A stretch of 55,878 bases of DNA, the filler included, from Platydemus manokwari (lineage: Eukaryota), in assembly GCA_037951405.1 (NCBI GenBank). It is 5 parts of 5 records of this genome, joined end to end, with 100 filler letters (N's around TTAATTAATTAA, not from the genome) between each part and the next. Parts side by side here need not be neighbours in the genome. Positions count along the whole stretch, not along the records: positions 40,753 to 55,878 come from JBBMOY011344760.1; 4 more parts are not named here. One strand, written 5' to 3'. Within the stretch, counting starts at the first letter, position 1; each line of letters opens with the position of its first letter. Positions 51,601 through 55,878 of the stretch are shown piece by piece. Below the pieces are notes generated by a model. That model saw nothing but the letters and a program-made list of their open reading frames with translations. It had not been told where the DNA came from and did no database searches. A program made the position numbers and the translations under genes.

Positions 51601-54600
51601 TTTATCTTTGAGCTAAATATTATTTTAACATGATCATGTTTTATCAAATTACTGTGAAATGAGGAATAATTTCAGTATTCATTTAAAGTCACAAAAATAT
51701 TTTAAATTTGTGGTTTTTATTTTAACCGATTTCTTTACATTTCATTGGTTACATTTTTGTAAAAAATACATAAAACGATTTGAAATAAATTTGGTTCAAA
51801 TTTGATAAAAAATAAATTCAGATAGATTAACAGTTCCAGTTCAATTAATTGTCACAAGTGCTGAACCCCTAAACCCATAACCTGTTATAGCCGAATTTAA
51901 AATAGGTTTTTGTTTGTATTTGTTTTTATATTTGGTTTCAACGAATTTTTAGCAGTTTTTAATTTCATTTTTATTAGTACTCTACTAACATGATATAAAA
52001 TCAATGATCAGGCAGAATTATTAATCGTTTGAAATGGTTGAGGTGATATAAATCAAGTGATTAATAAAAAATAATTCTAATTAATTAAATAAAATAATTA
52101 AAGCAGTTGGTCAGTAATAAAACGATACGTAAGAACTTTATTTCTTTCTTGTTTTTATATTGGAATTGGAAAGCAGGTCTTTAAGTTTTATTATATGTTT
52201 TCTCTACATGATCATCTCGATATTTTTTATTATATGGCTCATACACTTTTAAAATAAGGATTTTAATAAAAAAATGTTCCAAAAATAATTCCAAACCATA
52301 AAGTAAATTAACGAAAAATCATAAAGGATATCATTAACTTCGAAATCAATTGATATGTAATATTCCAGAAATGAATGATTAATGTTTTTATTTTATGGTC
52401 GATGTAGTGTAACTAATTAATTTCTAACACAATTTAAAAAATTAATACATATATGATATAAACAAATACCGAACAGTTTCAAAAATTATATAATTAATCT
52501 TGTTACATAGAGAAATTAATTTTTCATTAATTTTTTTAAAACATTCACTGGTCATACTATAATGATCATTTTAGTTTAGAATTAAATAATACTTTTGAAA
52601 TAACATTTTCAAGAATCCGAAAATCATTTATATATTTTTATTAATATTTAGTTATCGCTATCCATAAATTAAATAATAATTCGAACTTGTTATACGGTTA
52701 GGTTAAAATTTTAAATTATAATATAAATAAGAACAAATGTTAGCAATAAAATTAATAAGCAATACTTAATCAAATTGGGCTCACGAATAAATGGAAACAG
52801 TTCTAATTAAATTTCCAAGTGTAGTTTCTAAATACCAGATTGTTTTATTTTATATATTTTTATAATAAGGAGTTGTTATAAAAATAAATAAAATAAAAAA
52901 TGATATTTTATAATACAAAAATCAATTTTTGACTATTCATAAAGTTTTGCTATTAAATAATCACATTTATTATGACAGATATTATAAAAGTTGTAAAAAT
53001 CATCCAAAAGAAATGCTGCTACAATTTGAATAAAAAGATAATTCAAATTCAAATTTTTATTTGAGATTATCAATATTTCCGCTTTATGTCGCTTTCAGCG
53101 GTTGCTTTGAACTCAGTTGATATTCTAAAATCAATTATAAAATCAAGGTGATTTTCTGTCATTTGTTTTGTAATTCATTTGCGAAAAATAGTTCCAATAA
53201 CTTTGAATTATTTGCAATACTTAAAGGAAACATATTTTTTGGAAAATGAATACATTTCGAATTCAAATAACTTGACTCGTTAAAGAATAATCCATACTCA
53301 TTATCCTTAGATTAAAAGTATTTACATAAATGAATAAACTCCAGTAAATCCCATTGTCATGGAGATATGTTTCATTGTCTGCACACTCATAAAGAAAACA
53401 TTTTCACTTAATACATAATTTCTTCGAATGAAAATTCATCAAAAGAGGTATATTTAATAAATTGTCTGCAGTTTTTGTTAAATTTATTAATAAAAGAAAT
53501 CTGTGCTGAATTGAAACAAATTTTAATTTCCTGCTCTAATATTTTTTCTATGTGTATGGGTGACTTTGATTTGTTTTTACAATGATAAATCCGTTTTAGA
53601 TTTTGTTTATTAATAATAAATACAGAAAATAAGGAAAACTTACTTGATTATATGATACAGGATCTTATAAACGTTATGTAACTGGAAATCTCATTTCCCT
53701 TATTTCAACTTTAAAACAAATGCAGATATATTTCGTCACCAAACGCCCAATCCTTTAGCTTCTGTGAATTCAATGTCTAATAGAAATTATATCGATTTAC
53801 AGATGATACATGGTGATCTAACGAAACTAAAAAGTTAGTTATTCATCCACAAAAAAATTAGCTAATATTAAATCCTGGTCTGCTGTTCCTTAAGGACATT
53901 TTGACGAATCATCGGGTAATTCAAGAAATTTTATTTCGTGAATGAAGAATTATTTCAAAAGGATAAAAAAAATAGTAAGATATTTAGCAATAATAACGAG
54001 GTGTAAAATGTACGTAAATTTAATGGTAATAAGTGTTCGGTTATGGTTTCATACTTCTTTCAACTTACCAGTATCGATTGCAACATTGAAAACTCCATTT
54101 AACATTTACTTTCATCCAATATCACTTACCACATAGCTACTGACGCTTATTTTAATTGCATATTAGTTAAATATTAGGATAATTACTATATATAAATTCA
54201 AGAAATTGTATTTAAAATATTGATTTTAGCACTACTTATTTTGAAATTTATTTTAAAAAATAACAGCTTACCAGTTTAAGGGTTCCAAGATTGATTTTAT
54301 AAATGGTGAGTTATTGTTAAACGAAGAAATTCAGTAAAAGAAACCTTTTTCTCATTTTTTTACAATCTTTAAAACTTATTCTGTTAATTTTCATCCCTTC
54401 ACATATCTTCTATTGCACATATTATACCAAATAGGAACTATAAATTATGATCACAATTTATTATGGTTCATGACAAATTACGATTATAATTAATCTATTA
54501 CCATCCTCGTCTATTATTAGACACAAAAAAGGAATTATACAATATTTTTCAATTAAAAATGGAAGTCATCTTAAATTCTGGCTAATGCAAAATTCTGAAA

Positions 54601-55878
54601 ATATCATATCAGAGTATTTTGGAGTACTCGAAAATTCACGATGTAAAAACTAAGCAACTGTTACCATTGAATTTTATTTCTGTTTAGTAATTCTATATCA
54701 ATCAAGTTCCAGCTAATAGTTATGCCAGAATTCTACGATATTATTCATTTGTGTTTTATTAAGAAAAACTCTATGCTATGTTCTTTATAATCGGAAGAAA
54801 GTTTTCTGAAGAAGTTGTGATTATAACTACTCCCCATATTCTAGATAGTTCTTATACATGGTAAATCGAAGTAGCAGCAATGGAACTAAATAATTTCTTT
54901 ATTTCAAAATAATTATTTTCATTTTGAGGTGTTTCGATGAAATAAAAAATTGGATTATTGTGTAAATAAAGATATGAGTTATCTAAGATTATTAATACTA
55001 ATAGGTTTCTAACCACGCCAATTATACATTTTTACGCAAATAAAGTCTTCTTATTCAATAAAACTATACTGGAATGTTCCATAAAGAATAATTATCGATG
55101 AATATAAAGAAGCTTCCCAAAAGAGCAATTGTTTCAATATGAAATAATTTAATATCTAATGTTATTTCCACAATAGTAATAGTGTGCTGACGATGCTTCG
55201 TGTGGACATTTCGGGTAATATTAAAACGAAATCAGATAACAACAACTATTCCACGAAGTGAGGATTGACGAACCAATTAAACTGCAAGAAAGAATAAATG
55301 ATATTGAAATAGAATCTGTGATAACACTGTAATTTGAATGAGAAAATCTGAGATGATTCCAGTAAAAATCTCAATATAAAATTAAAGTCATTAAAAAATT
55401 GCAATGCATAACCACAATAATTTGTTGATTAATAATACTGAGTTATTAATAATTGTTTTATCTTTGGTTGGCTGAAAAATAGAAAAAGAATCAATAAGGT
55501 TTCTTTAAATTTAAATTTGGAACGATTTCATTTCATAAGTTTATTAATTAATAATATTTTGAGGTTTCTTATGATTTGATTGTGCAACTGACATGAAATT
55601 CGTTTCATGAAATGATAATTATCGATATCATTCTGGTACAAACTTCTTTGATGAAATATTATTCATAGTCTTCAAGTTCTACAATTCGAATACGAACTGA
55701 CATAACGAAAATTCTCCTTCTAAAAGTTCAAAGTAAATCAAAACACATCGATGATTTCTACAGTTTATTAACAAATTATTTTTTTTAATTATTGTATGTC
55801 ATAAGTTAAAATTTTTTGTATTATGAAATGTATTTTAATAAATTATAACCAAGGCTATGGTAAAATTCAAGGTTATCT

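Noticed and set aside
49300-55878. Patches of protein-like composition and short ORFs (49720, 51261, 53942)
   Set aside because: No recognisable motif, splice-consistent structure or repeat boundary; probably very old TE or pseudogene debris.

Overview
AT-rich animal genomic DNA, not prokaryotic. Short 49-57 nt GT-AG introns and the metazoan gene content suggest a flatworm such as a planarian, but that is inference. The window is five contigs joined by an artificial 100-bp spacer (N44-TTAATTAATTAA-N44), so adjacency across the spacers has no biological meaning. Host genes that can be supported: a 9-exon, 3'-truncated GMC oxidoreductase of the choline dehydrogenase type (minus, 21425-24647); three C1-domain exons of a novel PKC of the delta/theta type (minus, 27793-28141); a truncated DEG/ENaC channel ORF (minus, 13816-14319); and a 722-nt exon of an unrecognised gene (plus, 40908-41629). 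The rest is largely decayed mobile DNA: Polinton/Maverick (adintovirus-like) remnants (pPolB C-terminus and a PW/gasderminX-like ORF), Ty3/Gypsy gag, protease and integrase fragments, a LINE ORF1 remnant, a near full-length dead Chapaev-3-type transposase, a 105-bp hAT MITE with a perfect 8-bp TSD, an internally deleted Tc1/mariner element, a foldback element and three diverged copies of an LTR-like repeat. I did not find a convincing intact novel multi-gene system. The best leads are the endogenous Polinton-like remnants, the CHDH-like enzyme (long N-terminal extension, loss of the choline-binding Glu) and its possible same-strand nesting in a PKC intron.
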